From an uncultured Methanosarcinales archaeon (GTDB taxonomy: Archaea > Nanobdellota > Nanobdellia > Woesearchaeales > GW2011-AR4): 24,285 nucleotides of DNA. Shown piece by piece: positions 16,288 to 23,785 of the stretch. The DNA is taken from assembly GCA_964623945.1 (NCBI GenBank), contig CAZUWB010000001.1, positions 1 through 24,285 on the forward strand, read 5' to 3'. A program made the translations under genes and the position numbers. The notes under the pieces were generated by a model. The model was not told the DNA's origin, did not search any database, and saw only the letters and a list, made by a program, of their open reading frames with translations. Positions within the stretch are counted from its first letter, which is position 1, and each line of letters begins with the position of its first letter.

Positions 16288-19077
16288 TCATTCGGTTTTT
16301 CTTGGGCTTATTTCTTGCGATTTTTTGTCCGCTGAAAAGTAACTTCTCAGCTGCTTGCACACATTTTTTCTTGTGAATGTTTTGCCTAAGTTTTCATACT
16401 GATAAGCATAAGGAGCATCAGAAACCACAAAGAACCATTCTGCAAATTTCTCATTCAAAAGTGAAATCTTTTTCTGCAACAAGTCCTTTCGTTTATCAAA
16501 AGTAATTCCTGTCTCAACTTCAATGGCAATCTTTTTCTTTCCAATCTCAAAAATAATATCTGGATTATTAGCTTCAAAAGTTTTCACTTTATCAGTAAAC
16601 TGCAATAAGTATTCCTCAATCGCTTTTACCAAGAAAAAATGAGTAGTGCTTTCTCTTGATGAGGGCTTTAACAAGTAAACTTCCTGCCTGCCCCCTCCTA
16701 ATGGAACGTGGGAGCTTAAAACGTATTTCTTGCCAAGCAGGAATTTTATCTCATCCTCATTCAGATTTTTCTTTGCATAGAAGCCTTTATCTTCATCCAC
16801 CTTAATTATGACTTTTGGCTTTGCTTCTTGCTTTGGTACATCCTCATTCAGCTTGAGAAGTTCATCTGCATTAGTTGTAATGAGAATATGCTCCTCCTTT
16901 GAGGCGATGCTCCTTATCTCAGTATGCTCATTCTCCATTAATAAAATTCCTTCTCCAACACTTGCGCTCAGAAGCTTGTCTACTTCAGTTTGGCTAAGGC
17001 TAAAGGTCTTGATAACATTCTCAATCACAGCAGCCTCCTGCCTCATCAAGAGCTTATAGGCTGAATTTTGGAGTATGGCATTCGCAGCTCGGCTCATCAA
17101 GAGATCTGCCACATCTTGGGTAATGAGAAGTAATCCTAGATTGAATTTTCTGCACGTCTTGACAATCTCTAGGATATATTCAGAATCCTCAGCCCTGCTC
17201 AGCAATGACCAAGCCTCATCCACAATTAGGAGCTTTCTTTCCTTATTCTTTCGCATCTTCATATAGACATAATCAAGAATCAGGAACATATTGACTGGTT
17301 TAGCCTGGCGGGGCATATCTCCTATTATGAAGCCCACTAGCTGATTATCAAAGTTCAACTGAGTTTGCCTATTGAAAAAAGAGAAAACGCCATCTACAAA
17401 CATTGAAAGCCTGTTAATTAGGCTGCGGTATGTCTCTTTTTCTATGACTGTTGCATTTTTAGCCTGCCTTTCTAACTCCTGAAGCAAATCTCCTAAAATT
17501 GGCGGTTCATTATTCCAGCTTGCAGGCTCATTGGTAATTCCTTTCTTCTCATAGGTTAATGTCAAAGCTTTATCCAAAACAGCTTTCTGAATCTCAGATA
17601 CATTTCCCAGCATTATAGGGAATAAATCCATTAGAGATAGCCTTTTCTCAGCGTAATCATGCCCTAAAAGGTCTAAGGGATTAATTACAGTCTTTGAGTT
17701 CCTAGAGAAGTTCACAATCTGCCCATCAAATGCCTGTATTAGCTTAACATATTCCGATTGAGGATCAATAATGTTTACCTGTACTCCATTGAGCAGCTGC
17801 CGAATTATGAACAGTTTGGTCCAATAGCTTTTGCCTGCTCCAGAGCTTGCAAGCAGTATCCCATTGGGGTTTGTGAGTTTGAATATGTCTTTGATTATGG
17901 GAATATTGTTTCTATTGACGCCTAACCATACCCCTGATAGGTTGAGCTGTAGGAATTGAGATGTAAAAGGATAAAAAGCAGCTAATGCTTTAGTAGTGAT
18001 GTTCCTGCTCATGCCTAGCTCGTTTTCAGCTAATGGGATAGTGGATTTAAGGCCAGCCTTCATTCTAAAGAGGGCTTTTTTAGGGATAATGAGCATAGCA
18101 TTAAGTTCAGCCTCTACTTGCTTAGTTATGAGGTCAAGCTGCTCTTGGGTAGTGGCCTTGCAGTTAATGTAGAATGAGACATAGTACAGCTTTTCATTTC
18201 CTTTTTGCAGGTTCTCCAAGACTGCCCTAGTATCCTGATATTGAATCTCTAATGTGGGATTTATGCTAGATTTAAGCTCTGATGCAAACAGGTCAGCTCT
18301 CTGTTTTTGCAATTCCCTGTTTAGCATGACCATCATGGAATCAATGGGAATTGGCTCTATGAATAATGAAATGTCAAAAATGCCATTTAGAGTAATTATC
18401 TTGTCTAAGAAACCGATTTCTACGCTTCTGGGATAGCCGTCTGCATAGATTATCCTGCATTGCTTATCGCCAACTATTATTCTGTCTGGTAAATTTTTGA
18501 TGTACTTAGGAGCAATGATATAATGCAGATAATTTTCCTCTGTAACCTGAATATTGTCTTTGAACTTATCGCTATCGGTCAAAATGTCATTAAAGAAGCT
18601 GGCTAGTGTCTGCGTTAATTCCTCATCATTTAGCTTCCTGAATTTAAGGTTTAAGCTCCGGAGCTGCTGCTCTATCACTCCTAACTGCACGTTAAGGCCA
18701 ATTTCAGGCTTTTCGGGGATTACAACATAGAAGTTCCTGTTTATTACAGAATTGTCCTTGATTGTGTTTATAAGGTGCTCTTTATAACTTTCAAAATGCT
18801 TAAGGAGAATGTATTTCTTGTTTTTCTTAACTTGTTCCTCTACTCTTATTTCTAAAGCATTAATGTAACTGTCAAGATTAATATGGTTCGTGCTGACAAC
18901 TATCTGAATAGGAAAATCAAGGGCATTAAGGAACTTCTGGAATCCACTATTGACAACCTGCTTTTCTTTGTCATTTCTGATAGTGAAGTTTATTGGCTCA
19001 ACCTCTATAATGGATAATCTCCTTAAATTATAGTCCTGGTTTGCCTTAGGTAAGACGCTTTTTAGTTTTGTTAGCAT
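16288..19077 (-). CDS. virB4: VirB4/TraC-family conjugative ATPase with an N-terminal accessory domain and a C-terminal PD-(D/E)xK nuclease-like domain (929 aa)
   Basis: Walker A ASSGAGKS, IIDPQSEY, Walker B LIVDEAW, RKFNLGLLLITQ. N-terminal VEPINF...FQKFLNALDFPIQI. C-terminal ESTTH...PDIIF...IAIEVETG. Follows prgI. Confidence 0.9.
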   Translation of the reverse strand: MLTKLKSVLPKANQDYNLRRLSIIEVEPINFTIRNDKEKQVVNSGFQKFLNALDFPIQIVVSTNHINLDSYINALEIRVEEQVKKNKKYILLKHFESYKEHLINTIKDNSVINRNFYVVIPEKPEIGLNVQLGVIEQQLRSLNLKFRKLNDEELTQTLASFFNDILTDSDKFKDNIQVTEENYLHYIIAPKYIKNLPDRIIVGDKQCRIIYADGYPRSVEIGFLDKIITLNGIFDISLFIEPIPIDSMMVMLNRELQKQRADLFASELKSSINPTLEIQYQDTRAVLENLQKGNEKLYYVSFYINCKATTQEQLDLITKQVEAELNAMLIIPKKALFRMKAGLKSTIPLAENELGMSRNITTKALAAFYPFTSQFLQLNLSGVWLGVNRNNIPIIKDIFKLTNPNGILLASSGAGKSYWTKLFIIRQLLNGVQVNIIDPQSEYVKLIQAFDGQIVNFSRNSKTVINPLDLLGHDYAEKRLSLMDLFPIMLGNVSEIQKAVLDKALTLTYEKKGITNEPASWNNEPPILGDLLQELERQAKNATVIEKETYRSLINRLSMFVDGVFSFFNRQTQLNFDNQLVGFIIGDMPRQAKPVNMFLILDYVYMKMRKNKERKLLIVDEAWSLLSRAEDSEYILEIVKTCRKFNLGLLLITQDVADLLMSRAANAILQNSAYKLLMRQEAAVIENVIKTFSLSQTEVDKLLSASVGEGILLMENEHTEIRSIASKEEHILITTNADELLKLNEDVPKQEAKPKVIIKVDEDKGFYAKKNLNEDEIKFLLGKKYVLSSHVPLGGGRQEVYLLKPSSRESTTHFFLVKAIEEYLLQFTDKVKTFEANNPDIIFEIGKKKIAIEVETGITFDKRKDLLQKKISLLNEKFAEWFFVVSDAPYAYQYENLGKTFTRKNVCKQLRSYFSADKKSQEISPRKTE

Positions 19078-19390
19078 AGACTACTCCCTTGTCAATTTTC
19101 TTTATGCCTAGAAATTGGACCATCTTGGGATCCATTAAGTGCGCCTCCCTGAACTTGAGCCAGGCTACTAAATCCCTAAGATAAGATGCAAAATCAAAGA
19201 ATATGAAAAGGCAGGCTGCTCCTAGTAATATGAATTCAATACTAATTTTTATGTAAAGATTCCATTCAGTTCTCAAAAATATAACTAGGGCAGGTATAAC
19301 AAATAGCGCTGCATAAGCGAGCTGCTTAAAAGTTAGTCCAAATACTATCTTTTCTTCATACTTTAGTTGTTGCGGTATTTCATATGCCAT
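19046..19390 (-). CDS. prgI: PrgI-family (VirB3-like) membrane protein
   Basis: IPQQL-x-YEEKIVFGLTFKQL followed by two TM helices; GAGGT RBS; immediately upstream of virB4. Confidence 0.85.
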   Translation of the reverse strand: MAYEIPQQLKYEEKIVFGLTFKQLAYAALFVIPALVIFLRTEWNLYIKISIEFILLGAACLFIFFDFASYLRDLVAWLKFREAHLMDPKMVQFLGIKKIDKGVVYANKTKKRLT

Positions 19391-19397
19391 TTTTACC

Positions 19398-20300
19398 TCA
19401 TATCTTGCTTACCATAGTGGCAGCTTTGCCAATATCTGAATGGAGAGCTGCAAATGCTGCCTTTACTATTGCAAAGAGTATTAGGAAAATCATAGAGGAA
19501 TTAATCAGAATAAAGGTTGAAATCATTAGAAGTATCTTGAAATTCGCATAAACTGGTATTTCTATAAGTTTAGCAGCTGTCAATAGCATTAAGGAATGGA
19601 AAAATGGAATAAACATGATTATTAGCAGAATATTGAGTATAAGCTTGCCATAGCTCTTTAATGGTGGAATAAAGTATAGGAATAAGGCCATAGGGAATAG
19701 CATTACTCCTAAGGCAACAAGCAAGTATCGTAATGAAAGAAGTATTATTGTAAGCAGCAATGTCAACAAATAAGGAATTGCCAAGACTATTTGTAAACCG
19801 ATATTTGTTAGATTATCTACTGTAAGAAGGAAAAAGTTAGGATCAATTAAGCCTAATACTCCTACTGTTAGTCCTGATGAAACTTCTATTAATGCTGAAT
19901 AGAGGTAGAAAGAAGCCTGGACAAAGAAAACCATTAGGATTACATTCTTGAGCCACAGCTTGGCCCTTTCTCTTTGCTCAGCGGAATAGCCTGAGATTAT
20001 GAAGTTGAATCCGGCAAAGATAATGAATAAGCCATAGAATAATGAGATTATATATACAATAATTGCCCAAAGTGAGATAAAGCTATCAATATTAACTGGC
20101 TCTGAGAGCAGATTTTTAGTAAGTGTAAGAAATGGCTGCAATGGAGCATTTATGATTGTAAGAGTATATTCGTATATCTTTTGAGGGATGCAAGCAGCAA
20201 GATTAGTTAAGCCGCATGTTTCTTCTTCTTGTTGAGCATAGGATAGAGGTATGACAAAGAATATGTTTAAGACTAAATAAATAAATAAATTTTTTATCAT
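19398..20300 (-). CDS. VirB6/TrbL-like polytopic membrane protein (300 aa; start corrected to MIKNLF)
   Basis: Signal-peptide-like N-terminus, about 6 TM segments, RYLLV..G..LFP....FIP motif; G-run RBS 6 nt before the ATG at 20300; lies upstream of prgI-virB4. Confidence 0.7.
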   Translation of the reverse strand: MIKNLFIYLVLNIFFVIPLSYAQQEEETCGLTNLAACIPQKIYEYTLTIINAPLQPFLTLTKNLLSEPVNIDSFISLWAIIVYIISLFYGLFIIFAGFNFIISGYSAEQRERAKLWLKNVILMVFFVQASFYLYSALIEVSSGLTVGVLGLIDPNFFLLTVDNLTNIGLQIVLAIPYLLTLLLTIILLSLRYLLVALGVMLFPMALFLYFIPPLKSYGKLILNILLIIMFIPFFHSLMLLTAAKLIEIPVYANFKILLMISTFILINSSMIFLILFAIVKAAFAALHSDIGKAATMVSKI

Positions 20301-20325
20301 TTTCATCCCCCCCTTTAGAAATAGT

Positions 20326-20949
20326 TTACTTACGCAATAAATAACCAATTAATGAGACTATACCAACCACAACCGCTACTATGATAGATGTATTTATAAT
20401 TGAAGTGTAATCAGGAATTTTATTATCTAGAATCGCTATCGTAATTAAAAGAAAAGTGCAAACAAAATAAGCAGATATCCCGGCCTGCAATGCTTTCACA
20501 AATATATTATCTTTAAATAATTCGAGACCTACCGTAAAAGCGAAACCAAGAACTAAAATAATATTCAATATTAAATAAGTTTTCTGTTCTAAAATTTGTT
20601 TGATATTTGTTATTCTATTTTGATATATTAATAAATCCCCCTTTAGCTCTTTAATACTGTTATTTAATTCAATAATCTTTTCCTGACTTTTCTTTAAATC
20701 ATTCAAACATTCAACCGATTTATTCTCTAATAAGGTTTTATTTGATTTGAGAATATCCACTTCTTCATTTGCCTTTCCCAAATCGGACTGTGTTCTTTCT
20801 AAACTAGATTGACATAGATTATACATATCTTTTGGAACTTTTGTATCGTCTTTATTAAAAAAACTTCTTATAATATAGCTAGAAGCTAACACAATAACTA
20901 AAATAATAATTACAATCCAAAGCCACATTATTTTTTCTTTTCCAGTCAT
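20326..20949 (-). CDS. AT-rich membrane protein: N-terminal TM, coiled-coil ectodomain, 3 C-terminal TMs (207 aa)
   Basis: Hydrophobic ends; heptad-rich middle with sequons NKT, NKS, NNS; own TTTTTATA box 23 nt before the ATG. Confidence 0.7.
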   Translation of the reverse strand: MTGKEKIMWLWIVIIILVIVLASSYIIRSFFNKDDTKVPKDMYNLCQSSLERTQSDLGKANEEVDILKSNKTLLENKSVECLNDLKKSQEKIIELNNSIKELKGDLLIYQNRITNIKQILEQKTYLILNIILVLGFAFTVGLELFKDNIFVKALQAGISAYFVCTFLLITIAILDNKIPDYTSIINTSIIVAVVVGIVSLIGYLLRK

Positions 20950-21023
20950 TACACAAATTCTTTAAACTTTAGTATAAAAACTTTAGGACATTTTATATAT
21001 TAAAAAATAAAAAGTGAATTAAA

Positions 21024-21524
21024 ATGGTATTAGACCAACTAAGTTCATATAACCTACTAGATTGGTTTGAGCTAATTGGAGCCTTAATTGCTTTTATTTT
21101 ATTTATTCTGAAAATAATAGAATATAATTATGATAAAATACGTTTATCTATAGATGTAAAGGTAAAGGAATTTAATAATTACAAGGGAAGTAATATGGAT
21201 GAACCATATTCAGAGTTGATTTTATTAGCTGATATCAAAAATACAGGAAGACAACCAACAACAATTTCAAAAGTTGAGCTTAAGTCTGATAATGATAAGT
21301 TTACTGACATTGAGCTACATAATAATAAGGGACGTGGCGAACACGGATTTTGGTATAGTGGTTTCGAACCGATTAGAATAAATCCTAATGATAGAATTGA
21401 ATCAAAACTTTTTTGTACAACTGGTTACTTAGAAGATTTTAAAGGCCTGAATTTAAGACTTATATTTAAAACGAGTCATAAGGATATTATCCGTGAATTA
21501 AAAATCCAGAGTAGGAAAAAATAG
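21024..21524 (+). CDS. Single-pass membrane protein with an Ig-like/beta-sandwich domain (166 aa)
   Basis: TM segment LIGALIAFILFILKII; IKNTGRQPTTISKVEL is a typical Ig-like strand motif; TTTATATA box 24 nt before the ATG; opposite strand to the transfer operon. Confidence 0.65.
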   Translation: MVLDQLSSYNLLDWFELIGALIAFILFILKIIEYNYDKIRLSIDVKVKEFNNYKGSNMDEPYSELILLADIKNTGRQPTTISKVELKSDNDKFTDIELHNNKGRGEHGFWYSGFEPIRINPNDRIESKLFCTTGYLEDFKGLNLRLIFKTSHKDIIRELKIQSRKK

Positions 21525-21551
21525 TCGTCGGCTTGTGTTGCAGCAGTTCCA

Positions 21552-21576
21552 TAATCTTAGTTGTCCCCTAAGATTA
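21552..21576. terminator. Perfect 9-bp inverted repeat between convergent genes (possible bidirectional terminator)
   Basis: TAATCTTAG-ttgtccc-CTAAGATTA, overlapping the stop codon of the 458-aa gene. Confidence 0.5.
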
Positions 21577-22950
21577 CATCCAAAATACATACTTCTTAAT
21601 GAGCAAATAAAGTGAATAAAGCACAGCAGAGAATACACTAAAATTGAGGGCAAACTCCCATGTTCCCTTTCTCTTCACATGAATGATTGCATAGGCTTCT
21701 AGATTATCGTATTGAGCAACTATCCGGTTTGTGTTAGGCTTTGCCTTAAGTAAAATAGAACCTTTTGCCTCATATTCTTCATTTCCGTACTTTATTGTGA
21801 CTGGTTCAGATGAATTTACAGTGAGTTTTATTGTCTCGTTCTCATCATACTGAACTTTATCTGTTTTGAGAACTATAGGAGCTATTGTCTGATTTAGTGA
21901 GCAATTTTCCTGCCATTTGTTAAAATGATCAAAATATATTAAAACGCATCTATTTGAATCTGGAATGTAAAACTTAAAGCTGCCATTAAGCTTCTGGACA
22001 TTAAGATTGTTAATTGTCTTTTTGATATGTTTATTAGCCCTAAAAGTTAGAACATCGTAAGGAGCTAATGTTTGGTTAAGCTCGTAATAGTAATTGAATT
22101 GGCTCAAAGAGGAATTGTCAAGCTCAAGAATAAAGGCATCAAAATTTGAGATATTAAGTAAGCCAACAGTAGTAGATTTATATCGGTTTACAGCTCTAAT
22201 TGTAGGCTCTATATTTGGTTTATATAAGACAGCTTGCTTAGAATCTATCAGGTTTACTTCACTAGTTCTATACTCCGTATTCTCATATTGGCATACAGTG
22301 CAGTATTTATGGCAGCCATTTTCATCTCTTCTACAGCAATACTTATACTCCCTATAATGCTTAACTTCAATAGTTGCTTTAACGTTAAGGGAAGCGTTAA
22401 AGCTGAGGTTTTGGGCTGTATTAAAGGAAGTCAGCTTGCTATCACCAATGTACCCGTTATTGAGATAAAGGCTTAGCTGGCTATTGTTTTCAGTTAAAGT
22501 AAATTCAGTCTTACAGTCTCCTGGCTCGGTGCCTGAAGGTATTTCTACCCAATAATTATAAGCGCTTAAGACCTGTCCATAGCCAGGGCTTATTAAGTCA
22601 TTTTTAAGCCAAACAGAAGGCATTATGGCTACGATCTTGAACCAGGCATCCCTAATATAGTCTTTGTTAGTACTTTTGATATCATAGGGCACTTCCAGAA
22701 AACTAATGCCTGTATTCCATTCCAGGATTAAACTATGGTTTGCATAATATGTATTTGAGTACATAAGATTACCTACTAGGAGCTGCTTTTCTGAATCTGA
22801 TAGATTGCTTTGCATAGCCTGAACACAGGTATCCCAATCCTTTTCGGCGGTGTCGCTACAAGTAAGGGCGGGTGCTGGCCAGGCTAATGCTAAAGCAAGG
22901 ATGCAGGTGGTTACCCAATGAGCAGTGTTACAACGAATGGAGCTGCCCAT
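21574..22950 (-). CDS. Secreted, C-terminally anchored Cys-rich surface glycoprotein (putative mating-pair adhesin)
   Basis: Hydrophobic signal ILALALAWPAPA, C-terminal TM, CC-x5-C-x3-C-x2-C loop, 13 N-x-S/T sequons in the ectodomain; directly after the pilin gene. Confidence 0.7.
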   Translation of the reverse strand: MGSSIRCNTAHWVTTCILALALAWPAPALTCSDTAEKDWDTCVQAMQSNLSDSEKQLLVGNLMYSNTYYANHSLILEWNTGISFLEVPYDIKSTNKDYIRDAWFKIVAIMPSVWLKNDLISPGYGQVLSAYNYWVEIPSGTEPGDCKTEFTLTENNSQLSLYLNNGYIGDSKLTSFNTAQNLSFNASLNVKATIEVKHYREYKYCCRRDENGCHKYCTVCQYENTEYRTSEVNLIDSKQAVLYKPNIEPTIRAVNRYKSTTVGLLNISNFDAFILELDNSSLSQFNYYYELNQTLAPYDVLTFRANKHIKKTINNLNVQKLNGSFKFYIPDSNRCVLIYFDHFNKWQENCSLNQTIAPIVLKTDKVQYDENETIKLTVNSSEPVTIKYGNEEYEAKGSILLKAKPNTNRIVAQYDNLEAYAIIHVKRKGTWEFALNFSVFSAVLYSLYLLIKKYVFWM

Positions 22951-23267
22951 ATTACAGATAAGCCGATTATGACATAGGTTGCCATGTGCTTGCTAGTCTC
23001 TCTCCTTTTGACATCATTTCCAGAGAACATGTAGCTCATGCCAGCAAACAGCAAGGCTATTACTGCAACCAAAGATGCTCCATATTTCAGGAAATTGTAT
23101 ATTTTAGCTACTGGTGTTAGTATGCTGTCAAACTGAGCCTTTTCTTCAGCTGTGGGCTGAGTATTAAGATCAGCTGCATACACCGCTGGACTTGACAAAA
23201 CAAATCCTATCAATAAAAATTTGGACAGCAACACCAAGGCCTGCCATGCGCTATTCTTTACTTTCAT
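22911..23267 (-). CDS. VirB2/TrbC-like conjugative pilin (118 aa; start corrected to MKVKN)
   Basis: GGAGGTG RBS before the ATG at 23267; signal peptide ending AVYA; two hydrophobic helices joined by AG-x-x-YM-x-SG...RE..K. Confidence 0.8.
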   Translation of the reverse strand: MKVKNSAWQALVLLSKFLLIGFVLSSPAVYAADLNTQPTAEEKAQFDSILTPVAKIYNFLKYGASLVAVIALLFAGMSYMFSGNDVKRRETSKHMATYVIIGLSVIWAAPFVVTLLIG

Positions 23268-23311
23268 TTCGCACCTCCGCATAATTTTAAGAATTTCAAA
23301 ATGATAAATTA

Positions 23312-23385
23312 CTTTTAAACTTTGTATTGATTTTGTCAATACAAGAAAAAGTGTATTTACAGCGTCAATACAAGATTTTTATATT
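23312..23385. promoter_or_regulatory. Divergent promoters with two tandem palindromic operators TTGTATTGA-N5-TCAATACAA
   Basis: Perfect copy at 23322-23344 and a near-perfect copy at 23351-23373. TATA boxes TTTAAAAG (-, 23319-23312) and TTTATATT (+, 23378-23385) flank them. Confidence 0.75.
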
Positions 23386-23405
23386 AAAGTAGGTTCAAGC
23401 TTTAC

Positions 23406-23516
23406 ATGGATAGGAAACAAATGATTCAAGAAATACAAAATCAGATGATTCAGAAAATAAGCAGAGCAATTGAAGATGCAAAGCAGCAGCTAGCTGAGGT
23501 TAATAATGGCTTATGA
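23406..23516 (+). CDS. Unannotated 36-aa helical peptide
   Basis: MDRKQMIQEIQNQMIQKISRAIEDAKQQLAEVNNGL*. Start lies 20 nt after a TATA box; overlaps the RHH gene start. Confidence 0.5.
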   Translation: MDRKQMIQEIQNQMIQKISRAIEDAKQQLAEVNNGL

Positions 23517-23670
23517 AGATCCTTGGCCTTCTCGTAGGAAAACCATTCATGTTACTTTTCGAATAAAGCCAGAACTTTATGATATTGTTGTTAAGAATAA
23601 TCCTCAGAATTTGTCTAGGTCATTAAATGAGTTACTAAATAAGGCAGTCAATCTAATTCATGATCAATAA
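23506..23670 (+). CDS. Unannotated 54-aa ribbon-helix-helix repressor
   Basis: MAYEDPWPSRRKTIHVTFRIKPELYDIVVKNNPQNLSRSLNELLNKAVNLIHDQ*. GAGGT RBS; RHH pattern HVTFRI-x-PELY...NLS..LNELL. Confidence 0.75.
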   Translation: MAYEDPWPSRRKTIHVTFRIKPELYDIVVKNNPQNLSRSLNELLNKAVNLIHDQ

Positions 23671-23785
23671 CAGTAACACGTTGAAAATTCTATGCAAACA
23701 AGTAGTTTCATAAGTTTTAAATAGGCTAAACTTCAGAACACAGAATGGGGAGTTGTAATACAACCTAAATTGAGAGGTTAAAGAA

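Larger units (their letters stand above)
12152..23670. mobile_element. Backbone of a conjugative element (ICE or plasmid); the defence genes to the left are probably its cargo; ends not visible
   Basis: Pilin-VirB6-PrgI-VirB4 operon, ArdC, TA pair and RHH regulators are clustered together; no housekeeping genes anywhere in the window. Confidence 0.75.

Noticed and set aside
16142-18436. Plus-strand ORFs 16142..16342, 16808..17059, 17075..17266 and 18254..18436
   Set aside because: Antisense to virB4 or spanning the repeat cluster; no coding signals
21487-21552. 21-aa ORF MELLQHKPTTIFSYSGFLIHG after the glycoprotein stop
   Set aside because: Its AGGGG RBS-like site lies within the hairpin, and it overlaps the 166-aa gene antisense; too weak to call
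23268-23339. Longer ORF-track starts for the pilin (23339), VirB6-like (20348) and OB-fold (14760) genes
   Set aside because: RBS position and overlaps with operators or upstream genes support starts at 23267, 20300 and 14730
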